Assembly: GCF_006345805.1 (NCBI RefSeq) | Contig: NC_043000.1 | Location: forward strand, 102,114,001-102,178,000 | Direction: 5' to 3' | DNA from: Octopus sinensis | Taxonomy: Eukaryota | Length of the DNA: 64,000 bases | Shown here: in pieces, positions 1 through 13,207 of the stretch | Position numbering within the stretch: the first letter of the stretch is position 1 | Layout of the letters: the number at the start of each line of letters is the position of its first letter | The notes under the pieces: generated by a model | The model's input: only the letters and a program-made list of their open reading frames with translations | What the model was told of the DNA's origin: nothing | Databases searched by the model: none | Made by a program: the position numbers and the translations under genes

Positions 1-710
1 CCGCTTTTCACTGAACCTTTCACTAAATACATATAAAAAAACTTGAAAGTCCCGGTGTAAAATAACCATTCTGTTTAATTTTGTTCTATTACGTTGATAA
101 CGTTGTAGCTTTTCATCAAAAATCGCCCCAAGTTGATTTCCTACATGTTTTATCGGATAAACTTATAGTCCCAGGTACGTTCTCATAAATTCATCATGCT
201 TTTCCATCTAGATTTACCTCCAGCTAACCCATTTGCATGCATCGTTTTTGTCTTCCTTTTATTCCGTCAACCTGTACATAACTGCACCTTCCATTTTTTG
301 TTGCTTTTGTACTGCTTAAAGGCACGTTTCTTTCTGACAAGTTTACTGTTTAAACCATGTTTGTGTTCTCCCAGTCAACAGCCTTATCATCACTGGTACT
401 TTAAACCCTTCGGTTGCATATTTGTGTGAATAAAATCGTTTTTCTTTGGAATAGAAGAAAGTCTATCTTTATTTCTTCTTTTGCCGGTGTCTCAAATTTA
501 GGTTAAATCAGTGTTTCTCAAAGGGGGGGGGCTATGGGACGGTCGGACAAGTTGTTTTAAGAAAATTTGGTTTAAATGTTTGACAACACAGCACCGTCCA
601 TTGGACAGGGGGCGTTTTGCTCGTATATTATATATATATGTCCTCGTGTTGCTGTGTTTTTTTTCTGTGTTTTCTTGTTTAGATTAACCCTATATATATA
701 TATATTATAT

Positions 711-771
<61 letters not shown>

Positions 772-774
<3 letters not shown>

Positions 775-975
775 TTAATCCAAACATGAAAGCACAAAAA
801 AACACACAACGCGAGGACGTGGAACAAATATAGTATTATTGGACGCTCAGGAAAGAAGGGAAGAAGGAGGGTTTAACGTTTCGAGCGGAGCTCTTCGTCG
901 GAAACATAGGAGAAGGAAAGATCCAGAGAAGAGAAGACGGAGGAAAAAAATCACCAACGGTACACACGCGGTCAC
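772..975 (-). mobile_element. PLE-type terminal-repeat fragment, family A (~200 bp, carries a minimal hammerhead)
   Basis: Reverse complement aligns along its length with 2296-2500. A partial + copy at ~641-688 faces it across a (TA)n run. Contains a CUGANGA/GAAAC-type motif typical of Penelope-like element ends. Confidence 0.7.
871..905 (-). ncRNA. Minimal type I hammerhead-like motif, family A (U4 to C lesion)
   Basis: Minus strand reads GTTT CCGACGA A GAGC-TCC-GCTC GAAAC GT T AAAC: stem I GTTT/AAAC, stem II GAGC/GCTC, palindromic ACGT stem III. Confidence 0.65.
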
Positions 976-1274
976 ATATATATATATACATATATATATT
1001 AAAGGCGGTGCTGCAGCATGGCCGTAGTCAAATGTCTAAAACAAATAAGAGAATAAAAGAATATACATATACACACATGTGTGTGTTATTGAGTTCATAA
1101 TAGTTATTGAGTTACAACTTGCAGAATTTCTATGTATGAAACTTAGAAATGAAGAGTTCAATAGTAGTTGCATCACTTTTATATTTATTTCAGATAAACC
1201 CTTTCTTTTATTTCGTTTCCTTATGTTGTTATTCTTACAACACACATATGCACACAAGCACACACGTGGAATAT

Positions 1275-1313
<39 letters not shown>

Positions 1314-1402
1314 AACATATATATGCACACACATATACAAGTATATATATACATTCATACATACATATATTTGTAAGCATATGCTTGTGGAAGTATGTAT
1401 AC

Positions 1403-1463
<61 letters not shown>

Positions 1464-2056
1464 ATACCGTATGCTTTGAATCAAAAACAGGTTTTACTAC
1501 CAACTTAAACACGCTAGTTTGATTCCAAAGATCAAGCTAAAGCTAATCATAAGAAAGTGTGTTGTAGGTGGAAACCTATTGGGACTACTCTAAGAACTAT
1601 TTATCTGAAATTAAAGCTTCTTAGCAATCACTGTCCACCATCTTGAATGTTTCATCCCGACGTAGTTAATACTTATATGAAAACGAATTTGGCTGGGATT
1701 AAAATGGATGCTTCATCATACGACTGTAATTCTTTGATGATATTCGTTGTTATAGTAGGTCAGCCCTGATTAAGTTACGGTCAAGAAGGCCAATAGTGAA
1801 AGACATTCTAACCATGACCATTCCATTTTTTATGCATTTATTCAAGATGTTCTTCCTTTTACTTTTTTTAAGTAATAATGCGATGAGGGGGGATTTGGAT
1901 GCTATTTGTAGCTAGTCGAATGACCACATTCAGGTTATCTCTTTGATTAGTTTTAATAATATGTATTAATATAGCGTGTCAATATAGCTATGCTGTTACT
2001 GCTTAAACCCATCAAGTCAGCAGGCCTACGATTATAAGCATTAAAACTATAATCAT

Positions 2057-2275
<219 letters not shown>

Positions 2276-2295
2276 CCTTCCGGTCATTAAATAGG

Positions 2296-2497
2296 TGACC
2301 GCGTGTGTATCGTTGGCGATTTTCTTTCTCCGTCTTCCCTTCCTTGGACCTTTCCTTTACTATGTTTCTGACAAAGAGCTCCGCTCGAAACGTTAAATCC
2401 TTCTTCTTTCTTTCCTTTCCTGAGCGTCCAACAACACAATACTTGTTCCACGTCCTCACGTTGTTGCGTTTTCTCTTTGTATTTTCATGTTTGGATT

Positions 2498-2500
<3 letters not shown>
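2296..2500 (+). mobile_element. PLE-type terminal-repeat fragment, family A
   Basis: Homologous to the reverse complement of 772-975. Ends at ...TTTGGATTAAC abutting (TC)n(TA)n. Confidence 0.7.
2364..2398 (+). ncRNA. Minimal type I hammerhead-like motif, family A (G8 to A lesion)
   Basis: GTTT CTGACAA A GAGC-TCC-GCTC GAAAC GT T AAAT. Confidence 0.65.
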
Positions 2501-2594
<94 letters not shown>

Positions 2595-2679
2595 TTTTAG
2601 ACAAAACCACTATTTTGCAAAACAAACAAGGAAATACTTAATCAATACATAAAAATTTTTAATATAAAGAAATAAACCG

Positions 2680-2722
2680 CCACTACAATCGTTTCATGTC
2701 TTCAATGACATTCGTCAGGTGG
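2680..2722 (-). ncRNA. Minimal type I hammerhead, family B, intact core
   Basis: Mirror copy of 2783-2825 in the left arm of the palindrome. Confidence 0.8.
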
Positions 2723-2782
2723 ATTTTCGATCTCCTAATCTGTTTTAATTTATAAATTAAAACAGATTAGGAGATCGAAAAT

Positions 2783-2825
2783 CCACCTGACGAATGTCAT
2801 TGAAGACATGAAACGATTGTAGTGG
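2783..2825 (+). ncRNA. Minimal type I hammerhead, family B, intact core
   Basis: CCAC CTGACGA ATGTC-ATTGAA-GACAT GAAAC GATT GT A GTGG: stem I CCAC/GTGG, stem II ATGTC/GACAT, stem III AC/GT, GUA cleavage triplet. Confidence 0.8.
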
Positions 2826-2997
2826 CGGTTTATTTCTTTATATTAAAAATTTTTATGTATTGATTAAGTATTTCCTTGTTTGTTTTGCAAAATAGTGGTT
2901 TTGTCTCAAATTAATATTATATAATATTTTACTATAAAATTGGATTTAATCCTAAATCTGATTTTTTCCCTGTAAATTTGGATTTATTCCCTAATAT

Positions 2998-3215
<218 letters not shown>

Positions 3216-4399
3216 CACATACGAATACATAAGCGCAGATTAGGGTGAATAAGATATCCCTTGAATACCGAATATAGAATAAAATAGTAATTTGAAGTTA
3301 CGTAGCTGATCAAAAGACTGGCGTGAATATTGCACACATATATACCGGACTTTTAATATTAATATTAAATATATCAAACAATAATATCACTAGATATAAA
3401 TATGTAATGTAGTGATCTTTTCCTGTGGTTTTGCGGTGATTCAGTCATTTTGGCCCCGTGTTTGCTCGTGTTAGGCGTTATTATGAAAAATAATTGAGTA
3501 CACACACACACATGTGTGTGTGTGTGTGTATGTGTATGTAAACTTACGTTTAGTTAAATGCTTCTTATAAAGTAGAGATGAATGGCTCACCCATCACCAT
3601 TCACCCATCAAGTTTTATATTTAGAGTAAACTATTTTTATGCATAATAGATGACTGATGAGATAACAATGGGACGAAAGAAAATAATAGCGTTGAACTAA
3701 GTCAAAATTGGGCATTGCGAGCAGGCAGAAGGTAGAGAAATGAGACAAACAGACGACAGAATGAGAAAGAGATGGAAGAATGAAATTGAAGAAAACTTAG
3801 AGGTCGTATGACTACAATCTTTTCTTTAAAATACCTACCGTTATGCCTATTTCATGTTCGTGGGACAACTGAAGATTATTTTTAGTTTGTGTAAGTGAAA
3901 CCTTTTATTTTTTTTATATATTAATAGTTTGAAAATGAAAAAAAAAATCATACATATCCAGTAGCACAACTAAAACTTATGCTTACAAGATAAATTCTGT
4001 AATACAAAAACATGAGTCTCTATTGAATTTAATGTTCTCCTTTTCGTTCGTTGGATGTGCTAATCCCCCTTAATTCTCTCTAGCACATTTATCTAATCTT
4101 CAATTTTCAGCAAAACATTTTCACAAAATCTCCAAATTCAGTACCAGAAACGATCAAGGACGAATAAGTCACTTTTCACATTTGAGGGTTGTTTATCGTT
4201 CACTTTAACTGATTTAGAAGCTCTTATACGTATAGCCCCCCCCCTCATATTTTAAAACACTTGGAGATATGGGAGACTGAATTTTCTCAGAATAATACTC
4301 CCCGGAGGCATTACTCTTAGCATATTAAAGCTGACTGTTCAAACATTAGTTTTTCCAATTTTTTCAGTCTCTGAAATTAGAAATCACTCCTATCACCTC

Positions 4400-5480
4400 G
4401 AAAACGGATGGAAATTCCGGACGATGTTTGTTATAATGATCACAGCTTAGCTGTAGGTCATGCATTAAACAAGGTAGAAGCAAGATCAGATATGCTTAAC
4501 GTTTGATTTCGTATGTAAGGAGGAAGAGAGGTTTTTCACCATGTGATAATCTGTCGTCATATCTTTATTAAAAGATGAATATTCTTAAGCAAGAACCTTT
4601 TGGGGAGTGCTTTGTGGTACAGAATCGAAAGCTTTGACAATTTGAAAATTGTCTACATAGGGATATTGTAAACACTTTTCCTGACTTTGTCGTAACGAGA
4701 ATACATCAACCTCTGCTGGCATTTTGCTTTGTTTTCAAATGCGAAAGATTAGGTGATGAATCCCAGTGAAGGGAATGTGAATACCATAATTTATCAGTTC
4801 TGCTGAAATTTGATCTGGTTCTACCGAATTGTTATTCCACAGTCTTAAGTTATTGCAGTAAGAGTTTAACATTCAAGTACAGGGAAACGATTTGGTAAGG
4901 AATATTGTCAATACTCTCAAGTGACACATTTGATGGATGGTTAAATAAATTTTCGAAAGGTTCTTGCCATTTATCCAGTATAGCATTTCCCATTAGAATA
5001 ACATATCGATCCGTAAATCTAATTGGCACCTTTCCCATTTCTGTGGGCTCAAGACCTTTGAATAAATTCAAAGAAATCAATTAATTAGTTCTTGTTTGCA
5101 AAGTCTAGTATTTCTTTCGCTTTATCCACACACAATTGATTCCACAAATTCGTAAGCCTTCATTGTGTTCCTCACCTGATTTCACTCTAAATTTTATCGT
5201 TGACTTTAGAATCCATTCCCTCTGTCAAGTTTATCTTTTGACTTCCCTGCAATTAGAGCTTTATTGTGTGATCATTTTCACTAAACCAATCAGCCGCACT
5301 CTGTGAAGTGAGGTGAGCTTTTCTTCTGCAGTATCATGTACCACAAATTCAAAAGTACTCCAGTTTTCTTTAATCAAGATATCATAAACAATATTTGCTC
5401 AAGTTGGAACGATAACTGTTGCTAGCATTGAAATCTTGAAAATGTTTATCATTTAATTTCTTTCTGCCAACGTATAACTG
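4400..5480 (-). pseudogene. Decayed RTE-clade LINE (EN-RT linker and RT N-terminal motifs)
   Basis: Minus-strand peptides ILDKWQEPFENLFNHPSNVS, EPDQISAELINYG, FSLRQSQEKC...VKAFDSV and a DWF.END-like motif, all typical of RTE/BovB ORFs. Many stops and frameshifts. Confidence 0.75.
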
Positions 5481-5879
5481 AGGTGTGCACAATCGTTTTA
5501 TTTATATTTTTAATTTGGTCAAAACCATATCGTAGTCTCTCCAGCAGTCATTGGCAGATCATATTGATTTAGTGACCAGAATATTTGGTGTATCACGCCC
5601 TTGTGTGATGAGGAAATAGGGATTTATCCGTATATTTATTGGAAAATAGAGTTAGTTATAAGAATTCAAACATCGAAGAAAGTCCTAAGAGAACAGTATA
5701 TTTATATTCATTCCTCTCTTCCATATCTTCAGTCCTAGATGTATGGTAAAAAGAAAAAAAGTTGAGATGGCCACAGCAGGAATACCTTTGAGAACGAGTC
5801 TACTTGGTCAAAGGTAATTTGAGAGCGAACGACAACATATGACTAGATCGATTTAGTCATTTGTGGATGGATGAATGGA

Positions 5880-6241
5880 AGCACTCGAGGGTTCCGGTTG
5901 ATCCGAATCAACGGAACAGCCTGCTCGTGAAATTAACGTGTAAGTGGCTGAGCACTCCACAGACACGTGTACCCTTAACGTAGTTCTCGGCGATATTCAG
6001 CGTGACACAGAGAGTGACAAGGCCGGCCCTTTGAAATACAAGTACAACAGAAACAGGCAGTAAGAGTGAGAGAAAGTTGTGGTGAAAGAGTACAGCAGGG
6101 ATCACCACCATCCCTGCCGGAGCCTCGTGGAGCTTTAGGTGTTTTCGCTCAATAAACACTCACAACGCCCGGTCTGGGAATCGAAACCGCGATCCTATGA
6201 GCGCGAGTCCGCTGCCCTAACCACTGGGCCATTGCGCCTCC
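5880..6241 (-). mobile_element. tRNA-derived SINE, ~360 bp
   Basis: Minus strand starts GGAGGCGCAATGGCCCAGTGGTTAGGGCAGCGGACTCG...GGTTTCGATTCCC, containing A- and B-box-like motifs, followed by a non-tRNA body. Confidence 0.8.
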
Positions 6242-6289
6242 TGTGGATGGATACACATATAATGAACAGCATATATAATGTCTTCTAAT

Positions 6290-6462
6290 CTAAGCACAAG
6301 GGGGGTGGCAGTCGATTAGATCGACCCAGTACACAACTGGTACTTAATTTATCGAGTCCGAATGGATGAAAGGCAAAGTCGACCTCGTCGGAATTTGAAC
6401 TCAGAACATAAAGACAGACGAAATACTGCTCAGCGTTTCGCCCGGCGTGCTAACGTTTCTTC
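6290..6462 (-). mobile_element. tRNA-derived SINE (octopus OK-like family), partial
   Basis: Shares GGCAAAGTCGACCTC(G/T)TCGGAATTTGAACTCAGAAC with 6484-6687, 10791-10923 and (inverted) 12464-12675. Confidence 0.8.
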
Positions 6463-6483
6463 TTTCATTGCCACAATGGGCTA

Positions 6484-6687
6484 AACAGAGAGGACAAACA
6501 AGAGCAGACAAAGGGATTAAGTCGATTACATCAACCCTAATGTCTAACTGGTACTTAATTTATCGACCCCGAAAGTATGAAAGGCAAAGTCGACCTCGGC
6601 GGAATTTGAACTCAGAACGTAACGGCAGACGAAATATCGCTAAGCATTTCGCCCGGCGTGCCAACGTTTCGGCCAGCTCGCCGCCTT
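6484..6687 (-). mobile_element. tRNA-derived SINE (octopus OK-like family)
   Basis: Minus strand begins AGGCGGCGAGCTGGCC...GTTCTGAGTTCAAATTCCGCCGAGGTCGAC (A/B boxes). The family name is from recognition only. Confidence 0.85.
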
Positions 6688-6913
6688 GCACAACATATAT
6701 AATGAGAGACAAACTACTGGCATCTTGCGTCATTGGTAAAGATCAAAGCAGATTTGCAATGTATCATTATCAGTCTCCATGGAGAAGAGTGAAGCTGGAG
6801 AGAGCTCTGATATCTGATTAACTGAAGGATTTAATATAACGTATATATACACACACAGACATACGCAAATTATATATACATGTATGTATACAAACGCACA
6901 CACACACATATAT

Positions 6914-6961
<48 letters not shown>

Positions 6962-7076
6962 CACCGTAATCACCGTGACCGACCAGACCATCAGATGTTG
7001 CTGCACATCGCTGGTCACAATGCGTTCGCATTGTTTTAGCCTTCGAATGACGCCACCCCGCTGGCTAAGCGAGCAG

Positions 7077-7182
<106 letters not shown>

Positions 7183-7220
7183 GTATGTATGTATCTATGT
7201 ATATATGTATATACATACAC

Positions 7221-7395
7221 ACGAGGTCTGATCAGTAAGTATCCAGACTGTGCCTATTGTAATGCAGCTAAAGCACGCAGAGTGAAGCTGTTTGGAACAA
7301 ACTGACCTTGTACTCTGCTGTGCATGCGCACTGAGTTCTAACGTTTTAGCGCTGCTGTTTCTACTGTTTACAGCAGTGTTTGGAAGGAAGGTGTG
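7221..7395 (+). mobile_element. Mariner-type left end fragment
   Basis: Starts ACGAGGTCTGATCAGTAAGTATCCAGAC, resembling mariner TIRs. Interrupted by SINE tails. Confidence 0.5.
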
Positions 7396-7635
7396 TTACT
7401 TGTTTCAGTCATTTGAGTGTGGCCATGCTGGAGCACCGCTTTTTAGTTGCAGAAATCGACGCCCGAACATTTTCTTTGTGAGCCTGAGTCTTATTCTTTC
7501 GATAACTTCTGCCGGACCGTTAAGTTCCAGGGGCGTAAACACATTAACATTCTTTTTTTCTTCTTTGTCATTTACTTGTTTCAGTCATTTGAATGCAGCC
7601 ATGCTGGAGCACCACCTTTAGTTCAACAAATCGAC
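7396..7635 (-). mobile_element. Two nested SINE 3' portions
   Basis: Two copies of TGTTTCAGTCATTTGA.TG..GCCATGCTGGAGCACC, the reverse complement of the SINE tail also seen at 53386-53420 and 29750-29795. Confidence 0.8.
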
Positions 7636-7639
7636 GCAG

Positions 7640-8445
7640 GACTTAAATTTATAGAAGATCCACTTTCCAATAAAAGTTTTGTAGAATGATGAGGCAACAT
7701 TTATATTAAATGGTTCAATTTACTGCCGCAATTGCACGTATGGTGGCCTGATAATCCGCATATTCACCAGAAGTTACAGTGCGGTGTGGCATTACATCAA
7801 GAGGAATAATTGAACTATTTTTTATGCAACTGTGACTGGTCTCGTTTATTTGAACATGCTGCAATAGTCTGCCATGCAAAGCATTAGAGAAGTCTTTGAA
7901 GATGAAGTGTTTTATTTCCTGCTAGATTGAGCACCACCACACTACCATCATGATGTACGACTCTACCTCAAAGAGATCTTGCCAATCAGGTGGATTGGAA
8001 TTAGGGGCTTTGTAGAATACTCTTCTCGTTCACCAGACCTCATCCTTTTAGACTTTTTTCCCATAGGGATACTTAAGTTATTAGGTGCACGCTATAAAAC
8101 CAGTAACAATCACTAAACACTGAGAGTTTCCATTGAACGAGAATGCACTCAAATATCTAATGAAATATTAATTGATATTTGCATTTCTATTGCTTCGCGT
8201 TGTCAACACTATCTGCACCAGAATGAACATAAATTTGAAAAAAGGGCGATGACATATCCTTTAAAGAATTCATTTCAATAAATCATATCTTTATATACAT
8301 TATTTAAATTATGTACACACATTACGGGGTTTAAAACAATTAAATAATGTCTGTCGATCATACAATTTTCTAGAAAAGACGTCATTTTAATACGTATTCC
8401 CTTTACAATTTATTCAAAGTGTGTATACACTTTAAGGACACTGTA
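7640..8445 (+). pseudogene. Decayed rosa-like (DD41D) Tc1/mariner transposase with right TIR
   Basis: Peptides NDEATFILNG and FYFLLD*APPHYHHDVRLYLKEILPIRWIGIRGFVEYSSRSPDLILLDFF, with 41 residues counted between the 2nd and 3rd Asp. Right end GTGTATACACTTTAAGGACACTGTA. Confidence 0.8.
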
Positions 8446-8456
8446 TGTGTGTGTGT

Positions 8457-8489
<33 letters not shown>

Positions 8490-8929
8490 TGCGTGTGAAA
8501 ATACAGTGTAGACTATATATTAGCAATGAAACTACAGTGTATTTAGTAAACTTTGTTAAAGTATTTCAAATGAAGTTTTTTAATATCTGCATGAATTTTG
8601 ATAACAATATTCTTGAAATATATAATAAATTATTATTGGTTATGAAATATGTTTGGATTTTGGCAGCATGTAATTAGAAATTCAAAATTACCCGTTTCCT
8701 ATAGGCGAGCAGTAACCCGTAAACGAAATCAATATTTCAAGTTGGCTTTTCTGAATTTTCTCCAAGAGACTTTCCAATCTTCTCTACAGACATATATGTG
8801 TCATTAGGCAAGATATCTTTCTTTGTCACCCAGTACTGATTTAGTTTTAAATGTTTTCTCGCTATTTGAAATTCCTAATTCGTAACTCTCTTTTATCCTA
8901 TTTAAATGAAAATATAACCGGTGTTTTGG

Positions 8930-9480
8930 TATTGGAAAATATTTTCACTCTTCAAATGAAAAAAACAATAGATTCTCAGCTTAGAACTTAACGTATCTTT
9001 TCTCTCAACTGGTTATTTGTTTGTAAAAAGCCACTTGAATTTCTAAGTGCTGCAGACTTTATAGACTTATCTAACACATTATTTTTTTCCTGGAAGGAGT
9101 TACTATGATTTTTATATTCTAATGAATGATCAGAATAATTTCTACAAGAATATGACAAAAGACTGTTTTCTGTTCTCTAATGTAATATGATAGCGAATGT
9201 GTTGTAGCCTGATACAACTCGTAATAGTCGTCTCTAATCTCATGATATTTTGATGCAAAAAACGTATACAGGGATGGGGGGATTTTCATGATCTCTTCCA
9301 GGCTGAAAGAAGGGCTTGAACGTTGCTTTATCAAATAAGGAAATGCTCTTTGCACATTTACTTTTACTGTGTTCTGGAACATTTCAGTTATGAAATGTAC
9401 ATACTCAAAGCTATTATATAAACATGATGGAATGAGTAATAGAGAATTAAATGCCTGAACCGTGATCACACATCATATCG
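8930..9480 (-). pseudogene. Possible RNase-H-bearing (I-clade-like) LINE remnant
   Basis: Minus-strand SKYHEIRDDYYELY, GKNNVLDKSIKSAAL and KLRIYCFFH loosely resemble LINE RNase H and post-RNase H motifs. The key TDGS motif is not preserved. Confidence 0.35.
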
Positions 9481-10790
9481 ACTCTTCGATCGGGAATGAG
9501 ATACTTTACTAAGTTGATCTGCTGCAACTTTGTTGGTTAAAGTTAGAAAAGCAATCGCCTTTCAAACTTAAGTAATATGCGAGTGAATGCGGAATATTTC
9601 TGAACTAGACTTATAGCATTACAACGTGAAGTTTCCCTCCAACTGACTTGTTATTGTCTAGCACGGGTCATAGATTATTCTGAAATCCCAATTCCGAAAA
9701 CAACAGTATCTTCCGGAAATCCATCATCATCTTAATTTCATTTCGCCTCATCGTTAACGACTTTCTCAATCACTCCGAAATTTACTCGATCTTATGCTGA
9801 CGAGAGACAAAAGCAATATCCTGCTTATCTTCCCTAATTATAAATCATCTTCCCTTGCCTGACAGAATAACTTTTGATAACGTTGACGTGGGTTGTTTGG
9901 TTGAGAGAGATCTTAATTACATCTACACTTCTCATAAACAAAGCCAAAACGTTGACGGTTTCCTTTAAGATATGCGCTGACTATCGGCTTTTAAAAGTAA
10001 ATGTATTTGAAATCGTAAATATTTTCCAAACCCCGAAGTTCTGTTCACGATTTGTTGGCATTTACTTCAAGTTACATGCAAACAGGAGATAAACTCTTAT
10101 CCACCTGTAAACGATATTGTTCTTCCAGTGATATCATCATCAAAATAGGAATAAAATGAGACACTTGAAAAGGAATTTAGAGCTGGACGTTAAATATCAC
10201 CTCCATTTTTCACGTTTTTACTTCTACCAAAATTAGGAAGGACCTTATCAATTCTTGATTCGCTGGCGTTTCCTGGAACAATTTTCAGGAAGAATTTTAC
10301 AAAATAATACAGAATTATTAATGCAAAACTGACTGAAGGAGATGAATATTCATTCCACTACAACTATAACACTTGAGGTCAACATTGCAAGCAACAAGGC
10401 GTCCAAGTCAGCTTAATTTATTCACATTTTATTTTGACAACGAAATTTGCTTTGCCGTCCTTGTCGTAATAACATTTCATACATTTCGAAACACCGAACA
10501 TATAAAACATACAAACAAACTGTCACAATGCACGTGGATTAATAATACATCGATGAGTCATAAAAAAATTATTATAATGCGTCCACAGTACTGCAAAAAA
10601 AGAAAAATTACAACTACTTCTACCATAAAAACGAGCCTGCGAATGTGTTTCTACGTAATCGCTTGACCTGCTACAAATAACAGCCAAACCGGCTTCAAAT
10701 TATCTCTAAAATCATATATAAGTTGTTCTGTTCGAGTTTAAATAATAAACACATTTAGACAGTGAAGTAGACGTCCAAGAGCCATATATT

Positions 10791-10923
10791 TCTTTCTACT
10801 CTAGGCACAAGGCCCGAAATTTTGGAGGAGGGAGCCAGTCGATTAGATCGACCTCAGTACGCAACTGGCACTTAATTTATCGACCTGAAAGGATGAAAGA
10901 CAAAGTCGACCTCGGCGGAATTA
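10791..10923 (-). mobile_element. 5'-truncated OK-like SINE with 15-bp TSD
   Basis: CAAGAGCCATATATT at 10776-10790 and at 10924-10938 flanks the insertion. Confidence 0.85.
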
Positions 10924-11162
10924 CAAGAGCCATATATTATAGCTGAATGTTTTTTATGTACTATGTCCGGAACAAACAGATAAATCGGTTCTTTTCAGTT
11001 GTTCCTTCTGACTGACTGTCAATATACGCAGCTTTTATAGCCTGCAAAAACCTGCATATACATGTTTTGCATATGCGGGTGTGATTAGATTCGTGAGCCC
11101 ATGTTAGAATGAAATAAACATTCAAAGAATCGATTTTAATGACTTTTAAAGATACATTTAGA

Positions 11163-11615
11163 CACAGGCGTGGCTGTACAGTTTAGGAATTCACTTCACA
11201 ACTGCGTCGTTTTGAATCCAGTCATACTGTGTGTTTTCTTGGGATAGTATTTTTAAACTATTATCCCGCGATGATCAATACCTTGTAAGGGAATTTGGGA
11301 GACGGAAACTCTGTGGAAGACTGTCACATATTGATATATGTGTACTTGTGTTTGTATGTATCTGTATGTGTTTGTGTATGCGTGTGGGTGTGTGTGTGTC
11401 TGTGCGCTTGTGTTTGTCCACAATTGCTTCACAAACCAGTGTTGATTTGCTTACGTTCCCTTTAACTTAGCGTTTCGGTAAAAGCAACCGCTAGAATAAG
11501 TGCTAGAATATGTGCGAAATGCATATGTACTGGGTTTGATTCGATTGGCTAAAACCCTTCAAGTCAGTTTCCCACGATGGATATAATCCTATGACTGAAA
11601 CAAGTAAAAGATAAA
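11163..11615 (+). mobile_element. Old, diverged SINE of the family at 29433-29800
   Basis: Degenerate head GGCGTGGCTGT..., internal TG run, and 3' end ATGACTGAAACAAGTAAAAGATAAAA. Confidence 0.6.
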
Positions 11616-12463
11616 AGGCAAAAGACTACATATATTCATGGATAGACTAAAAAAGGATTTTGCTCTTGTAGATATGGGAGTGACAACAACTAAGCTAATT
11701 CGCGTGTAGTTCATGCACAGAAGCATATGTAGTGTTCTTCCAGTTTACCACAGGGTAGGACAATCTAATATTTACATATTTTATTTTAGGTAATTTCTTG
11801 TGTGTCTTTTTATTTCCGCCAGTCCACAGATATTTTTCCTGATTTATAAAACATTCCCTTAACACTGGTTTCCATGCTCTTTGATATATTGAATAGACTG
11901 ACTTAAAACCAGTTACATAACTTGATCACTCGCTCGTTGTTACATAACTTGATCAGTGCTCGTTGTTTAGATTTTCGTCGCCTTTTTCTATCAGAAATTG
12001 AATTGTTTTAACATTTCTGCCAACAAATTCGCGCACATTCAGGCGAGAAGTTTAGACAGATACGAGTGATATAACGTGCTTATCGTCACAGGTGCATTTG
12101 GTTTGTAGTAGAATAGAATTCAGCTTCAGTGAGCGTATGTTTTCGCGAGTTATCTCGTCAACGTATATTTGTTTACAACGTTCAATGTTGATACAAATTC
12201 TATAGTAACACGACCAAATAGCTTTGTCTATGCAACCATTTCCTGATAAGTCAACGTGTGTATGTGTGTGTGCTCGCACGCACAAACAAATTTCAAGCCC
12301 AGAGCAAGACTCAGTTGACAAGTAAGTTGCATGCGGTCTTTCGAAGAAACTCCCACCACCACCACCACTACCACCACCACCACTTGTTTTTGTGGTAAAA
12401 AATGCAATTTATCAACGAGTATTCCTTAAATACACAATGTCTGCCATATTTTCATGACAACAA

Positions 12464-12675
12464 GGCAGTGAGTTGGCAAAATTGTTAGCACGCTGGGTGT
12501 AATACTTAACAGCATTTCGCCCGTCTTCACATTCTGAGTTCAAATTCCCCCGAGGTCGACTTTGCATTTCAGCTTTTCTGAGTTGATAAAATAAGTACCA
12601 GTTCAGTACTGGAGTCGGGGCTATCGACTAACCCACTCCTCCAAAATTGCTAGCCTTATGCCAAAATTTGAAATC
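12464..12675 (+). mobile_element. OK-like SINE
   Basis: AGGCAGTGAGTTGGC...TTCTGAGTTCAAATTCCCCCGAGGTCGACTTTGC. Confidence 0.8.
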
Positions 12676-12946
12676 AGTATCTTCGTGCCTACAATACCTA
12701 TGGCAGTGCAACCATAAAGAGCTATTGTTGCCCTGCCCTTTATAGTATCTTCTACTTCAGTTAATTATAAAGTTTCTGATAAGATACATATTGTATGTAG
12801 AGGATAAGGAGAAGTTATATTCTTGTGAATCAACTTTCTGAACATAAGAGCTGCTATTTGTATCGATACCAGCGGTATATTAGCTCAGAACATAGAAACG
12901 CAAATATCAAATTCTGTAATGCATTTAGAACGGTGCTCTATCATGT

Positions 12947-12947
12947 C

Positions 12948-12991
<44 letters not shown>

Positions 12992-13004
12992 TAGTAGTAG
13001 TAGT

Positions 13005-13039
<35 letters not shown>

Positions 13040-13148
13040 GGTGGTGGTGGTGGTGGTGGTGGTGGTGGTGGGGTGGTGGTGGTGGTGTGGTGGTGGTGGT
13101 GGTGGTGGAGAGGTTAGTAGTGGTGGTGGTGGTGGTGGTGGTAGCGGT

Positions 13149-13207
<59 letters not shown>
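12947..13207. repeat. Compound triplet repeat (TAG)n/(TGG)n
   Basis: Seen directly. Confidence 0.95.

Larger units (their letters stand above)
2582..2923. repeat. Spacerless palindrome, ~170-bp arms, centre 2752/2753 (PLE terminal repeat family B, inverted duplication)
   Basis: Arms checked by eye as reverse complements with one mismatch (2598/2907). Right arm is homologous to 41020-41150. Confidence 0.95.

Noticed and set aside
1-500. Possible LINE linker on the minus strand (LVRKKRAFKQYK)
   Set aside because: It is a single weak motif that cannot be assigned to a clade.
509-545. CAGTGTTTCTCAAA hAT-like left end
   Set aside because: No matching right TIR or TSD was found.
5880-6687. tRNA genes
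   Set aside because: The tRNA-like heads lack an acceptor-stem 3' half and run into SINE bodies.
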